This document shows positions 25,767 through 38,341 of a stretch of 64,000 nucleotides of DNA, one piece after another; the stretch's first letter is position 1; the number at the start of each line of letters is the position of its first letter. The stretch is from Epithemia pelagica (taxonomy: Eukaryota; Protista; Bacillariophyta). The position numbers and the translations under genes were made by a program. The notes below the pieces were generated by a model. The model was not told the DNA's origin, searched no databases, and was given only the letters and a program-made list of their open reading frames with translations. The stretch lies in NCBI GenBank assembly GCA_946965045.2, contig OX337229.1, positions 3,534,001 through 3,598,000 of the forward strand, given 5' to 3'.

Positions 25767-26527
25767 CGGTGCCAACGAACGTAAAAGATCTCGTGCTCGA
25801 CCAAAATGGGGGATTTGGGGATGCAGATGACGGTGGACAAGATTCACTCCGGGAATTTGTGTGATGTGGTTTCCGTTCAGTAGATCCATACCAAAGATAC
25901 ACTGAACAGATGTAGATTCTAAAGCATATCAATGGACACGCGTGCTTTCTTTCGAGTGATCTCGACACTTGCCATCCAAAATCGCACATATTGTTTGCAA
26001 AAATTATCCAACCGCCAATCAGAGGGCTAAAAGGCAGACTTCCCTGTTGATCGACAAAGATTCACGGCAGATTCCTGGACAGATGAACAAAGGACAACTA
26101 CAGCCAATAGAAATCATTCAAAGCGCGCGCGCACGTCCACACAACAGGTTCTGGATTACGGGAGTATACGAGTTACAAGTACGCATGTTCGCGAGTATTC
26201 TGGTAGATATTTTTTCTATAATGGGTTCACTTTCTTCATAATATGAGTACTCGTACTCGTACTCGTCGTACACATAAGCCTTACTAGTGCGAATTGCGAA
26301 TTACGAATCTGTTATTTCTCAAGTTGCTCGACTGACGACAAGTAATTGTGGCGACTTAAGTACGACTGAATCGATGAGCTTATTCGTCAGTCCTGCGTCC
26401 GGGATTGGGTAGATTTATGTGACCATGGGCCTCTACTTAGCATTGACTTGTTCTCCTTTCCACGATTTCCTACCTTCAGTATCATAGAGAGAAAATATTA
26501 TGCTATTCTAGTTCTATCATTCCTGCC

Positions 26528-28255
26528 TTACAACCAGTCTGATCTGTCTGACCTTGATCGAGGCACAGATTTTTCATATGCACGAAGAAGTGGCCGAGAA
26601 TCGGAAACCTGAGATCCATCTTCCCAAACCTTCCACAGCTGATTTGTACTTGATTCCTTCATGGTCTCCATGGTCGAAAGAGGTGATGCTGCCGAAAGAG
26701 GATCCAGGGCTCTTCGAGACTGACCACCACCACCACAAGCTTTGCGACAATTAAGGAGAGACACGAGTTTTGTCACACCTTTTGGTTCTTTGGGCTCAGC
26801 GGGGGCCTTTTCAGCAGATTTACGACGGACATTAGCTTGGGAACCGGAGGGCGGTAACTTTTTGGTTCCGCCCTTAAGGAGAGGTGGTTCCCTTGGAGGT
26901 GAACCTTTAATTGGAAGGGATGAATGAGGAGAGCTTTGTAGGAGAGACTTTCGGGTATTCCCCTCTGGAGGCAAAGGCTTGGGGGCATGTTTGGAAGATT
27001 TTTGCGACGAGGGATGGCTCAAGGCTTGTGATTTTGCCGCCTTTTCCACAGGATACTTGGCTAAGCGCATTCGAACAACTTCGTGTCCCGCATTAAAGCC
27101 GGAAGTGTCATGGGGAGTCACATGGACTGCAGCAAACGGGTCCTCCGCTTCATCGTGAGACCCTGAAGCAAATGAGGTTCCAACCTGAGAGTCACTTAGT
27201 TGACTGGCAACGTCGTCAGGGGCATCTCCAGCGAGAACGTCCACTCGAAACGAAGACTCAAAAGGAGGCGAGAAACTTAAGAACTGATGGGCATGGTGAT
27301 GGCGCAAGATGCCTCCAGGCACATAGCTTCTTGTCTGGGCTTCCCTGCTGAGCACAAGGATTGTTTCATCTGGTTTCCGAGTGGGTGTCAGTTTGGCCTT
27401 GTCGGCCTCGTTGTGACCTAGCTGTGAAATTATGTGTAGTTGCTGTAAATGTTGAACCGCTTTGCTTGCGTAGCTAACGGTTGCCTTTGCCGGCATTGCC
27501 CATGGTTTCGCAACCCACAATTCCATCGGTTGAACATCATACTTTGCAACATCTAAAATGTGGATCAGTTGGTGAAATGTATTGTTGCGTGTTTGAAACA
27601 AACCATCGTAATCCTGTCTCCATCGATTCGAAAGCGCCAGCTGTACAGCATGCAAAACGTCTCGTACCGAGTCCGAAACCATGTCAATCCATAATTGCAT
27701 GAGCTCGTAGGTTTTCCGTCCAGGGTCCATCAGGAGAATAACAATGGGCTGTCGTTCGTGATGTCTGGAAGAATCACCCGTGTCAACACTGTTATCGCAA
27801 TGAGGAACAACTTCGACCAGTCCCTGTGGGCCGACCAGGAGCTTTTCTTTGAAGACTCCAACACTATCGTTGCAATCGGGTGGCGGTTGGGGGTGTGATG
27901 GCTCTCTCGACGACAAAATTTTTGCGAGTCGCCAGGGTCTTTGGTACGATGTGGCGCTTTGGTCGGACTGGTACACGCTGGGCTCTGACCCATTGCCTCG
28001 AGGAACCGTTGTTCCATTCAGATAGGATCCACTGAGGTCCGAAAGCTCACGCGTTAGAACCGATGCTGCACCTAAGGTCACGCTAGTAGGAGTTGCGGCG
28101 GAAGAGTCGCCACTGCCATGCGATTGGTTGTCCGAAACCAGCCATCTTTTGGGCGTCGTTCTCGGTGGCCGCCTCTTCTCTTTCTTGAGGGTCTTGCCTT
28201 CCACGGCTGGACCGCCCATCCCTGGTCGATGCTTATGCTTAGGTGGTGGAGCCAT
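26528..28255 (-). CDS. Hypothetical protein, mostly low-complexity, with one compact ~110-aa folded-looking domain
   Basis: 575-codon open frame from ATG 28255. Central segment IVILLMDPGRKTYELMQLWID…VRDVLHAVQ…ELWVAKP has an alternating strand/helix pattern. No family recognised. Confidence 0.7.
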   Translation of the reverse strand: MAPPPKHKHRPGMGGPAVEGKTLKKEKRRPPRTTPKRWLVSDNQSHGSGDSSAATPTSVTLGAASVLTRELSDLSGSYLNGTTVPRGNGSEPSVYQSDQSATSYQRPWRLAKILSSREPSHPQPPPDCNDSVGVFKEKLLVGPQGLVEVVPHCDNSVDTGDSSRHHERQPIVILLMDPGRKTYELMQLWIDMVSDSVRDVLHAVQLALSNRWRQDYDGLFQTRNNTFHQLIHILDVAKYDVQPMELWVAKPWAMPAKATVSYASKAVQHLQQLHIISQLGHNEADKAKLTPTRKPDETILVLSREAQTRSYVPGGILRHHHAHQFLSFSPPFESSFRVDVLAGDAPDDVASQLSDSQVGTSFASGSHDEAEDPFAAVHVTPHDTSGFNAGHEVVRMRLAKYPVEKAAKSQALSHPSSQKSSKHAPKPLPPEGNTRKSLLQSSPHSSLPIKGSPPREPPLLKGGTKKLPPSGSQANVRRKSAEKAPAEPKEPKGVTKLVSLLNCRKACGGGGQSRRALDPLSAASPLSTMETMKESSTNQLWKVWEDGSQVSDSRPLLRAYEKSVPRSRSDRSDWL

Positions 28256-28891
28256 GACAGCAAATTGATTCGGTACCAAGTAGATTAGAAGAAAGACAAA
28301 GGATAGAAACAACAAAGGCCGTCCTCATTCACAAACAACAGTCCTGTAAAAGAAAAGGATGCCAACTACCATTAGCATGTGCGCAAACAGAAATGATTAG
28401 TGTGCTCGGAGAGAGAAAATTCCCGAGCATGGCACCTTTCCCGCCGAAATATTTAGATATGCCCTTTTGGGGGTCATGCCAATACGCTTTACAGGGGCTC
28501 CGTGAAACCTATCAAAAACTAACTTTTTTCCGTTCAGATTTACGAAGCTGAATTTCCATCGCAACGGGAATGACTGCAATTGAGAAGGTGAATTCGACTA
28601 AAAGCTAAAACGGGACATTTTTTTCTCTTTCTCGGATTGGGAATTATGTCGGAGTACGCGAACCCCAGTAGCAAAAATTTTGTGCACCGTGGTCCCGGGC
28701 TTGTGTAGGAATCCCTACACAACAGATAAGGTTCAACGAAATGGACATAAACATTACTCAGCCTCTCTAAGTAATCGATTTGTGCCCGCTCCCAGGACCA
28801 GACCAATTATTTCAACTTCCATGTGTGTGGCTGTGCATGCGCGACGATTTTCCGATCATGTGTACACATACAATTGCCCCATCAAGGTTAC

Positions 28892-31800
28892 TTAATGGTT
28901 CGGCTTGGGTCGATTGGCTGCAGGTTCAAAGCTGTATCCACGGGCTCGGTCGTTGGTGGGCTCGTGTTGTGGTGTTTGTGGCTGTGATGGATGATGTTGT
29001 TGGAATTCTTCGTACCCACGTTTTCGTCCTTGATGTGGTCCTCGTTCATGCCTTGGGTAGTCGTTTTGTTGTTGATCAAATTCCTCCCACTTAGATTGTT
29101 GCTCTTTGCCTCGACGAGGCGGATGAGGGGGTCCACGGTTGCTATCACCGTAATGATTGCGATCGTTTTGACCAGATGGACCATAGTAGTCATTCCCGCG
29201 GTTTCGTGAGGGTTGGTTGCCCTGTTGGGGTCCACTTGCGGGCCCATAATGGTCCTCTTGGGAACTGCGCCTTCTCTGGAAACCACCACCGTCTGACTCC
29301 TGTCTAGGGCCATGTCCATGGTTAAACGAATTGTAGCGATCGCCACCATCATCGTTCTGCCAGCCCTGACGTCCTCTCTTGTCCTCATTCCCGCGATCGT
29401 TTCCACCCCACCAGCTCGACGACTCGTATTGCCTGTCCCCGCCGCCTCCGCCGCCACCGCGGTTTCGAGCCATATCTTCTCGTCGTCCTCGTCCTTCTCC
29501 TCCGTAGCCACCACGATGGCCACGACGATATCCTTCCCGATCACGTTCACGGTACTCTCCACGAGGCAAGCGCTCCAACAGATCCTTCTCCGCGGCGGCA
29601 GTCTCATCCGCATTCTGCCGCTGAAATTCCATTCTGTACTCAGGAGATGTGTGTTCTGTCTCAATTCGGGTGAATGGTGGACCTCCCGACCCTGGTGTTG
29701 TTGGTTTGAACCGAGAACGGATCTTTTGCGGGACATCCGGAACCTGATTCGCAGTAGTTTCCCTCTCCTCTGAAATTCGCAACCAAAATGTTAGCACGCA
29801 AGAATCAAGTTCGACGGTCTCCAGATCTTCCCATTCACCACAAACTTACTCCATTGCGTATATCCATCCAAATCAAAATGAATCTCTCCGTTGCATGCAT
29901 GAGCTTGCTCCACCAGAGCCGTCTTGTCCACTCGCACACGACCTGCATTGTCTTCAGGCATCTCCGTGATATTCATGAAGCGAAGCATAGCTTGAACACG
30001 CTTTTTCATTCCATCGTTTCCTTGACGACGACCTCGTGTTCTAGTCTTCCCGTAACCAGTTACAATGCTAATGGTATGGATTGGCTCAAGCTTGGCCGTA
30101 TCTTTTAGAAACGGAGTCAGGCATTCTTCAAACCACCACGATAGAGCAATCTCACCTCCACCCAATGACAGAAAATGAAGGTCTAGCTCGAACCATTGTT
30201 TACCGAGCCGTGAAACCTGGGCATAGAATCCCTTCTCAATTCCCTCACGAAACAGATCTCGACCTAGCTCAATCTGCGATGCTACTGCGTCCAAAACAGC
30301 ATTGTACGTCACAACATCCTTCCGCACTCCTTGCTTCTCCATTTCTGCAAACAGCGCATGCCCTTGCTCCCACATATTACAACGCGCACATGCGGAAATA
30401 ACGGAATTGTAAATGTGTACATTTGGCGCAACCCCTTCCAAACGCATACGATCCATCAACTGGAAACTAATGTCAGGGCGACAGCATTTCTCCATGCATG
30501 ACATGGCAGCACCAAAGATAATGACATTCTTCTCAATTCCCATCTCTGTCATTTCATCCAGATACTCAAGGCACTGACGATACTGCAAGCCTGAAATTGA
30601 AATAATCAAAGTGAGAGGCTGTTGACACAAAAGCGGAAGCTTTCCTTCTAAACCCGTACCTTTGTCACATGCACTGATGGCACTTCCATATGACACAACC
30701 GTAATTGGAAGGTTCTTCATTTTCATTTCCTCGAACAGACCAAGAGCTCGCTCCCACTGCATGCCCTTCTCGAGCGCAGTCATTGTGGCATTGTACGTGA
30801 TAATACTCGGTTGTCCTCCACAGGACTGAATTTCTCGGAACAAGCGTAGAGCAATTTCCCATTGTTGGCCCTTTGCAACTGCCGAAATGGCAGCTGAATA
30901 GGCAACAACATTCCCCGTGAATCCTGCCAGTTTCATATCTTCCAGGATCTTGAGTGCTAACTTCCATTGGCCACCTTTCTCTGCGGCACTGATCAAAGCT
31001 GAATAGCTAACAACGGAGGGCTCAATACCGAACCTTTTCATTCGTTGAAATACTTCACAGGCCCGTGTGGGTACCATACCTTTTTCACAGGCGCTAATTG
31101 CCGCGTTGTAAGCAATTGTACTACGAGCGCTCCCTTCTCGCTCCATACGATCCAGCAAATCAATTGCAACACGCCACTGTCCTGTCTTCTCGCAGGCAGA
31201 TATAGCACTTGAGTAAGTAATTTCATTTTTCTCAATGCCCCGTTCGTCCATTTCTTGTAGAAGATCCAACGCTGCTCGCAGATTTTTATCTTTCTCCGTG
31301 ACTGAAATCATTGCGTTGTAGTGGAACACGTTCTTCACCAGTCCTGCCTTGTCCATGAACCTCCAGCATGTTTGAGCCAAACGGATCAGTCGCCTTCGTG
31401 CTGCCGCCGCGATAAGAGCCGCTGAGCGCAAAACAAGATAAGAAACAACATGAAAGTGAGACAAACATTCTTCCACCGATTTAAAATCCATAACGTTGAT
31501 ACATGGTTTACTGTGACGACGTACTCATGGCCTAAAGAAGGTAAAAGGAAGATTGTGAGTGAGCATCGGAAACACACGGTACCGGGAATCGTTAATCACC
31601 AGTGCAAACCTACTTTTCCCGACTGGAAAGCTTCTGGATAGTTTTTCAAGGCATCCGCAAGGGAAGCTTCCACGTTGGCACGAGGATTAGAATTCCGTTC
31701 AATCCATTCGGTGACATTAAATCCTTGTAGAATAAACGGTTGATCGGACTTGCGCATACTGTCAGGCAACTGTTCGTGTCGTCTCCAGTCCTTGGTATGG

Positions 31801-32521
31801 CGTCCGGATCCACCGCCTCGCGGTCCTTGTTGATGCTGCAACAAAAAGACTTCTTCTCGTTCGCGCATCGCGGCGCGTTCCTTGTACCCTCGCTTGAAAT
31901 GGTCGAGGGATTGAGGTGCGTTGTTAGCGCGTGGTTTGTGCCCCGGGAAATACGCAGCCCCTCGATCCAAATTGGTCCGGCCACCCTTGCTCCGTCCATC
32001 GTCCTCCGTTCGACCGCCTTCCATGTAGGCATTTCCCTGGGGAGCCTCGTTTCGTGGGACAGGAGGATCATTCATTTCTTCCTTCACTTTGGCAGTGCGG
32101 TCATGGTCATTTTCGGAAGGATGATCGTGATTGTGGTTATTGTTTGTGGTATCCTCACCGGATGCTTCGGGTTGTTGTTGTGATGCTTGAAGAGCTTCTT
32201 CGTTTTGTTCGCTGAGGAAAGGTGGACGTAGATTGAAGAAATGCGTGTGAGTTTTTGGGATTGAACGCCATTGCGTCGATTCATGAGTTGTTCTGTGGAC
32301 TGCGGATTGAGTGTGACGGAACTCGCACTAAAAATAAAAAAGAGAGTTGTTGAATGCTCGACATTTTTGAACGATCGTTGCTGTGTCAAAACTTGGTTTT
32401 TCATGGAACGATGCGAAACATGGAAATGCTTTGTAGATTATATAATATTCGCATTTTGAAAAAAGAAAATGGATGCAGATGAACAAAACAACTGACACCA
32501 AACTATAGCTCACCTGCTCAT
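28892..32521 (-). CDS. PPR-Smr protein (about 11 PPR motifs, Smr domain, RGG-rich C-terminal IDR)
   Basis: Six-exon model 32521-32514, 32211-31614, 31531-31525, 31421-30660, 30590-29850, 29769-28892 (997 aa, all GT-AG, frame-consistent). PPRs include VFHYNAMIS, ITYSSAISACEK, VVSYSALISAAEK. Smr motifs ELDLHFLS and IVTGYGK. Confidence 0.85.
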
Positions 32522-33076
32522 GGTTGTTTGATTGTTGAAGGGGACAAAGGTAATCCAGACAGCTTCAATGTTCCTTTGCCAGGACAATCAACAAACAACC
32601 CTGGGTTCAGTCCAAGGAACGTCTTCGTGGCTGAGAGAAACCTCAATGACACAAAAAAGATGTGCATGGGGGCAGGGAAGCTTTTCGGTTTGTCTGCTTG
32701 TGGTGTTATTCCCCAGCGAGGTTGGCTTTGAGCGTGAAATTTCTTGTATCCAACGAAACTATTACATTGGACACACACCCGCTGGGAGATACTTGTGGTG
32801 TGTTCAATTTCCCACCACTACCAAGTGTTGGTAACTCAAAGGGTGTCGTAGTTGCGTCTTAGGTCTCATGTGATCTACATCCTGGGGTGTGTGAGTGGCT
32901 CGCGAAGACACCCCCCCAACCCGGTTCTTCTCCTACGTACTACGTACGGCTTGACGGACGCCATGTGGCACTGCGAACGACGAGTGACGAGCGGACGGGC
33001 TTTGTCATTGCTCAAAACAAAATTCCCACCCCTTCTTCTCATTCGTTCGTTGCTAGCCCTTGCTGATTCCGGCACC

Positions 33077-36000
33077 ATGGCACCGAGTAGTCCTTCGACT
33101 ACCGTGTCAATTGACGCCACCAAGTTTTGCAAGAATCCAACAGAGTGCGATTCCAAACGGATTGCGGGAATTGGGCTGTATCAAGCCAAGCTAGCAACGC
33201 CCATCCCGATTGGAAAGCGTCGATACAATGTTCGCCTGTACAATATCATCTTTGTTTTGGGATATGTAGTGCTTGGATTCCAGGTTCTTTCCACTATAGG
33301 GGAACCATATCGGCGTTTCCTCGAAAAAGCGGATCGAGAAGGCTTCCAAGGTTTGTACTTTTTACGGTCATGTTGATGGCTATTTCCATCAAACGCTCAC
33401 GTATTCCTATTTCATTGTTTGAACATAGTTATGGAGGGTTCAACCAAGCTACGTGCCGAAATTGAGCACTCTTTTCGAGACATTAATGATCCGAATCGCC
33501 GGACACAGAAAATCGGCTGGTATGATTGGATGGACATGGACATAGAAGAACTCGCGCAAGAAAAGAAACGTGACAAGGAGCGCAACGTGCTTGACAGTCT
33601 TCCAAAACACATGAGGGTCCCAAACAAGTTTGCCCCGGCATTCTGGCCATCCCTCTTGACCGGAATCTGGACCACTCTTCATGCGCTCATCATTTTGTTG
33701 CAGGTGTGGTCTGTAACCTTTCGTGTAGGTATCAACTTCACGGAAGTCAATCCACAACACGTGAACTTGCCTGACAATCTCTTTTCGGAAGATGGATTTG
33801 CGTCTCACTCAACAAAAGGTGATGAAACGTCACCAGCCGATGAAATGTCGGGTAGTAAGGATGATCAGCCTGCATCCTTTCCAACTCCGCCTTCGTTAGA
33901 CCCAGTTCCATCCCATTTGCCAACACATGCTCGTATCATTCCAGCCAACGGTAGTCGGCATGTTCTTGTGCCCCTTCAATATGTACACATGTTGGGAATG
34001 GTTGTTGAGTATCATCGACGTATTTATGTTTTTGAATCCGTCGATGGCGGTGATCCTTTGTTTAGCAAAATAAGATGTCGAACCGACCTGCCTCCGACAT
34101 TTTTGAAAACCTGGCATGGTCATGAGATCGACACCTACCGACAAGCGCAAGTCCGATACGGTCCCAATATCTTTTCTGTGCGACAACCAACGTTCATTGA
34201 TCTCTACAAAGCGCAACTTCTGAATCCCTTGACTGTTTTCCAAATCTTTTGCGTGTTGCTTTGGGCAATCGATGACTACTTGATCTACTCGTTCTTTTCT
34301 CTTTTTATGGTGCTCGTCTTTGAGGCAACCGTCGTCTTCCAGCGGCTCAAGTCTCTTCAGGCTCTTCGGAGTATGGGCAACCCAAGTCGCTCGATTGCTG
34401 TGTACAGAAATAACCAGTGGGTTTGGACAGACACGACACACCTGGTTCCTGGAGATATTTGTTCTTTGATGCGTGTGAAGCCTCACTACAAAAAAGACAA
34501 GGAAGGAGCGGACCAAAAGAAAGAGGGCAATAACGGCCCACCCTCGGCACTCGCTGCGGCACGAAAAAAGATGGGTGGCCGGGAGATTGAGGACGAAGGT
34601 GGTGATATTGTTCCTGCAGATCTCTTGTTACTTCGTGGATCTACGGTCGTGAATGAGGCCTCCCTGACCGGAGAGTCTGTACCCCAGATGAAAGAAGGAC
34701 TAGCGATGCCGGAAGAGACACTGGCCATGAAAACCAAGCACAAAATGAACGTGGTATACGCTGGGACGAAAATGCTTCAATGTCGAGGAGTTGCCGAGGA
34801 TGGAGAATCGAAGGAAGAATCCGCTGGGGATCCTACTTCGTCATCTAGTATCCCTGCCCCACCCGATGGCGGTTGTGTGTCGCTGGTACTTCGGACTGGA
34901 TTTGCGTCCGCGCAAGGGAAACTGGTTCGGATGATTGAGGGGTCTCAGGAAAAGGTCAAAGGTCATGAGCGTGAAACAGGATTGCTTCTTGCCCTGCTGT
35001 GCCTGTTCGCAATTGCCAGTTCATCGTATGTTTTGTACCATGGTGCTCAAGATGATCGACGAAGCAAGTACGAGCTTCTCCTCCATTGCATTCTTATTGT
35101 CACCTCTGTCATTCGTCCAGAACTACCAATGCAAATGGCACTGGCTGTGAACAACTCGCTCATGACGCTGATGAAGCTACATGTCTTCTGTACGGAGCCG
35201 TATCGTGTTCCGATGGCCGGGAAACTTGACCAATGTCTGTTTGATAAGACGGGGACATTGACGACCGATGAACTGGTTGCAGTTGGAGTCGTAGTTCCAA
35301 GTAAGGTGAAAAAGGACATGAAAGGCCAAGATCTACAGGCCCTCCTTGCCCCAATGCGTGACATTCACAACAGTATGGCTGCTTTCGTGATAGCCGGATG
35401 TCATTCCCTCGTTATGATCGACGACGAGACAACCGGAGATCCGCTTGAGCTTGCGGCGCTGACGGCAATGCAATGGAAAATGTCAGATAAGTTTAGCATG
35501 CCTGCGGCGCCGAATAAAACAATATCTTTCGAGGGCGGCATGGCAGTGGACCAAATTCAAATTTTGCTCAGACATCATTTCTCATCAAAGTTGCAACGTA
35601 TGACCTGTATAGTATCAGCTGGGTCCAAAAGAGTCATTGTTTCGAAAGGATCCTCAGAAGCGATCGGTCGACTTTTGGAGAATAAACCTGATGGCTATGA
35701 TGAAATGGCGAGGAGACTTGCTAAAGAAGGTTATCGTGTAATATCCTTGGCGTACAAGACCATTGCTAAGGGCGACGAGGAATTGGCGACATCCACCTGG
35801 ACCAGAAATGAATGTGAGGCCAACTTAAAGTTTGCTGGGTTCATTGCGTTCACGTGCATGGTTCGAAAAGACACAGCCGCTGTTCTCGCAAAACTCAAAG
35901 AAGGAGGGATGGGAGTCTCTATGGTTACCGGTGACGCCCTTTTGACGGCAATCCATGTCGCGAAAGAAGTGGCCATTTGTGAACCCGTTGGCGACGTAGC

Positions 36001-38043
36001 AACAGCGGATGAATTGTCTGAAACCAACGCTGAGCTCAAAAACCTACTCAAGACAAAGCGACAAAACATAGGGACCCATAAACCCATCGCTCATCTCGAG
36101 GTTGATGATAAGAGTCGTATTTACTGGTGCAGCTACGAGGATGAGAGTAAAGTCGAAGACTATGTTCCTCAGCATGTTCCAGAGCTTTCCAAGAAGTACG
36201 ATCTGGCAACAACTGGCAAGTCGTTGGCTGCTGCTCTTTCATATGACGACGAAACACGAAAAGTCCTTGGATACATCAAAGTGTTTGCACGAATGACACC
36301 TGATGCGAAAGAAACTGTAATTGAGTGTCTCCATTCAATTGATACACTGTGCCTCATGTGTGGAGACGGGGCCAACGATGTAGGTGCGTTGAAACAAGCA
36401 GACGTCGGTGTAGCCCTATTGTCAGGTTTCGGCAACGTTAACGTCGACAAGGCTGCTAAAGATGACGAAGACAATAAAGATGACGATCCCTCAATCCGAG
36501 CAATAATGAGCCAGGACCACTTAGATGAAATTCGATCATTGCCTCCCAAAGTGATTAAAATGAAGATTCGACAGCTTGGTGTAGACCCTGACAAATATCC
36601 CGATCTCATGGAGAAAGAAGACCTGGTGCAGTTGTACCAGATCAAAGCACGAGAGGTTGCTGTTAAACGTCACGACCAGAAAAACAAGAAGGCAAAAGCG
36701 AACATGACGGCAGCAGAATTGGCAGAAGAGCGGAAACGCGAGGCTGCAGAGAAACAAAGACGCCTGTTTGAGAGGGTTGCGGAGTTAGAGGCTCAGGGAG
36801 TACAATGGGCGACTTTCAAGGCTATGCAAGAATTTTACCGTGAGGAAACAGCTGCAGCAAAGACGAAGAAGGCCGGCTTTATGAAGGCCAAAGGGATCGA
36901 AGGCTCGGCGGCGTCCCTGGCAGCTCACTTTGAGGATATGGAATCAGGCGAACTGCCGATGGTGAAGTTGGGTGATGCAAGCATTGCTGCTCCATTCACC
37001 AGTAAAATGCCCAGTATCCGGAGTTGCGTAGACATAGTTCGCCAGGGACGATGTACGTTGGTTTCCAGTATTCAAATGTATCAAATCATGGCATTGCAAT
37101 GCTTGATCAGTTCATACTCTTTGTCCGTTCTATACTTGGATGGTGTCAAATACGGCGACTCACAGATGACTGCATTGGGCCTTTTGGGATCGGTGTCTTT
37201 CATGTCTGTGTCTCGTATGAAACCCCTTGAGAAGCTTTCCAAAGTCAGACCTTTGACATCAATTTTTCATCCTACACTTTTTGCTAGTTTACTGTTGCAG
37301 TTTGCAATTCACTTGGCAACCATGCTACTTGCAGTTTTCTCGGCGAAGAAGTACATTCCAGATGATTATGATGTGGACCTTGATGGAGCATTCAAGCCCG
37401 GTATATTGAACACAGTTGTCTTTCTGGTCAGCAGTGTTCAACAGGTGACTGTGTTTGTTGTCAATCTCCAAGGGCCACCTTTCATGACAGGTGTTCTTGA
37501 AAATACCCCATTGTACGTACTGACTACTGACCCGATTGGAACACTCCTTGCCTTACGCCTCTCTCATTTCTCTGTTTGTCTAATGAAAGACTTTGGAGTT
37601 TGATAGCCACATTCATGCTTACTTTCATGTTTGCTAGCGAAACCGTTCCGGGATTAAACCGCTATTTTCAGCTGGTTTCATTCCCAAACGACGAGTTCAG
37701 GGACTATGTACTTACTATATTGACGGTGAACTTGATTGCGTGCTTTATGGTGGATCGTCTAATGAAATTCCTATTTTCACCGAAGATCCTTTTCGCAAGC
37801 TTTGAAGGAACAACAAGCAAGGATGTTTTCAAGCTTATGCGCTCGTTTGTATTCGTTGGAGTGCTTATGTACACTTTTGTGGGAAATAGTGAAGGATGGG
37901 ATGAATTATTGGCTCTGGAGCAGAATATAACAGCCAATATCACGGAAACGAGTGAAGTCAACGAACCATGCGTTGGTGCCGCTTGTGATGCTTCCAACAA
38001 GACCTTCCATCCTGTGATAGACGGGATTCAAGATGAATTTTAG
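33077..38043 (+). CDS. ATP13A1: P5A-type ATPase (Spf1/ATP13A1-like ER transmembrane-helix dislocase)
   Basis: Exons 33077-33350, 33429-37512, 37590-38043 (1,603 aa). LTGESVPQMKE, RPELPMQMALAVN, FDKTGTLT, MVTGD, MCGDGANDVGALKQA and KLGDASIAAPFTSK. Confidence 0.93.
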
Positions 38044-38341
38044 AATGTGTAATAAGTTGAATCATCGGATCCGATGGAGTCATCCCCACCGTGGATCTCT
38101 TCTTCTTGAATTTTTCTTAGACCACGTTTGCAGGAACGCCATGGTCGGTTGACTTTATACTAGATTTGTACCTCTTGCTAGAGGAGTAGCTTGAGAGAAA
38201 GCTAGGCTCCTAGCGTTTTCACCTATCATGTCTTGGTCGCAGATATTATAGCCGACCTCAACACGGGGAATACAATAGGCTGCGCAACACCAACACGGCT
38301 GTTACGTTCGCGTACGTCTGCACCGACAACAGCAACGCATC

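Noticed and set aside
28888-29736. 282-aa alternative-frame ORF and antisense ORF 29312-29773
   Set aside because: They overlap the RGG-rich last exon of the PPR-Smr gene, whose frame is fixed by the splice junction at 29770.
24346-37589. AAG 3' splice sites in the GDPD (24346-24348) and P5A-ATPase (37587-37589) models
   Set aside because: Less common than YAG but still canonical AG acceptors that restore conserved sequence; not a novelty.
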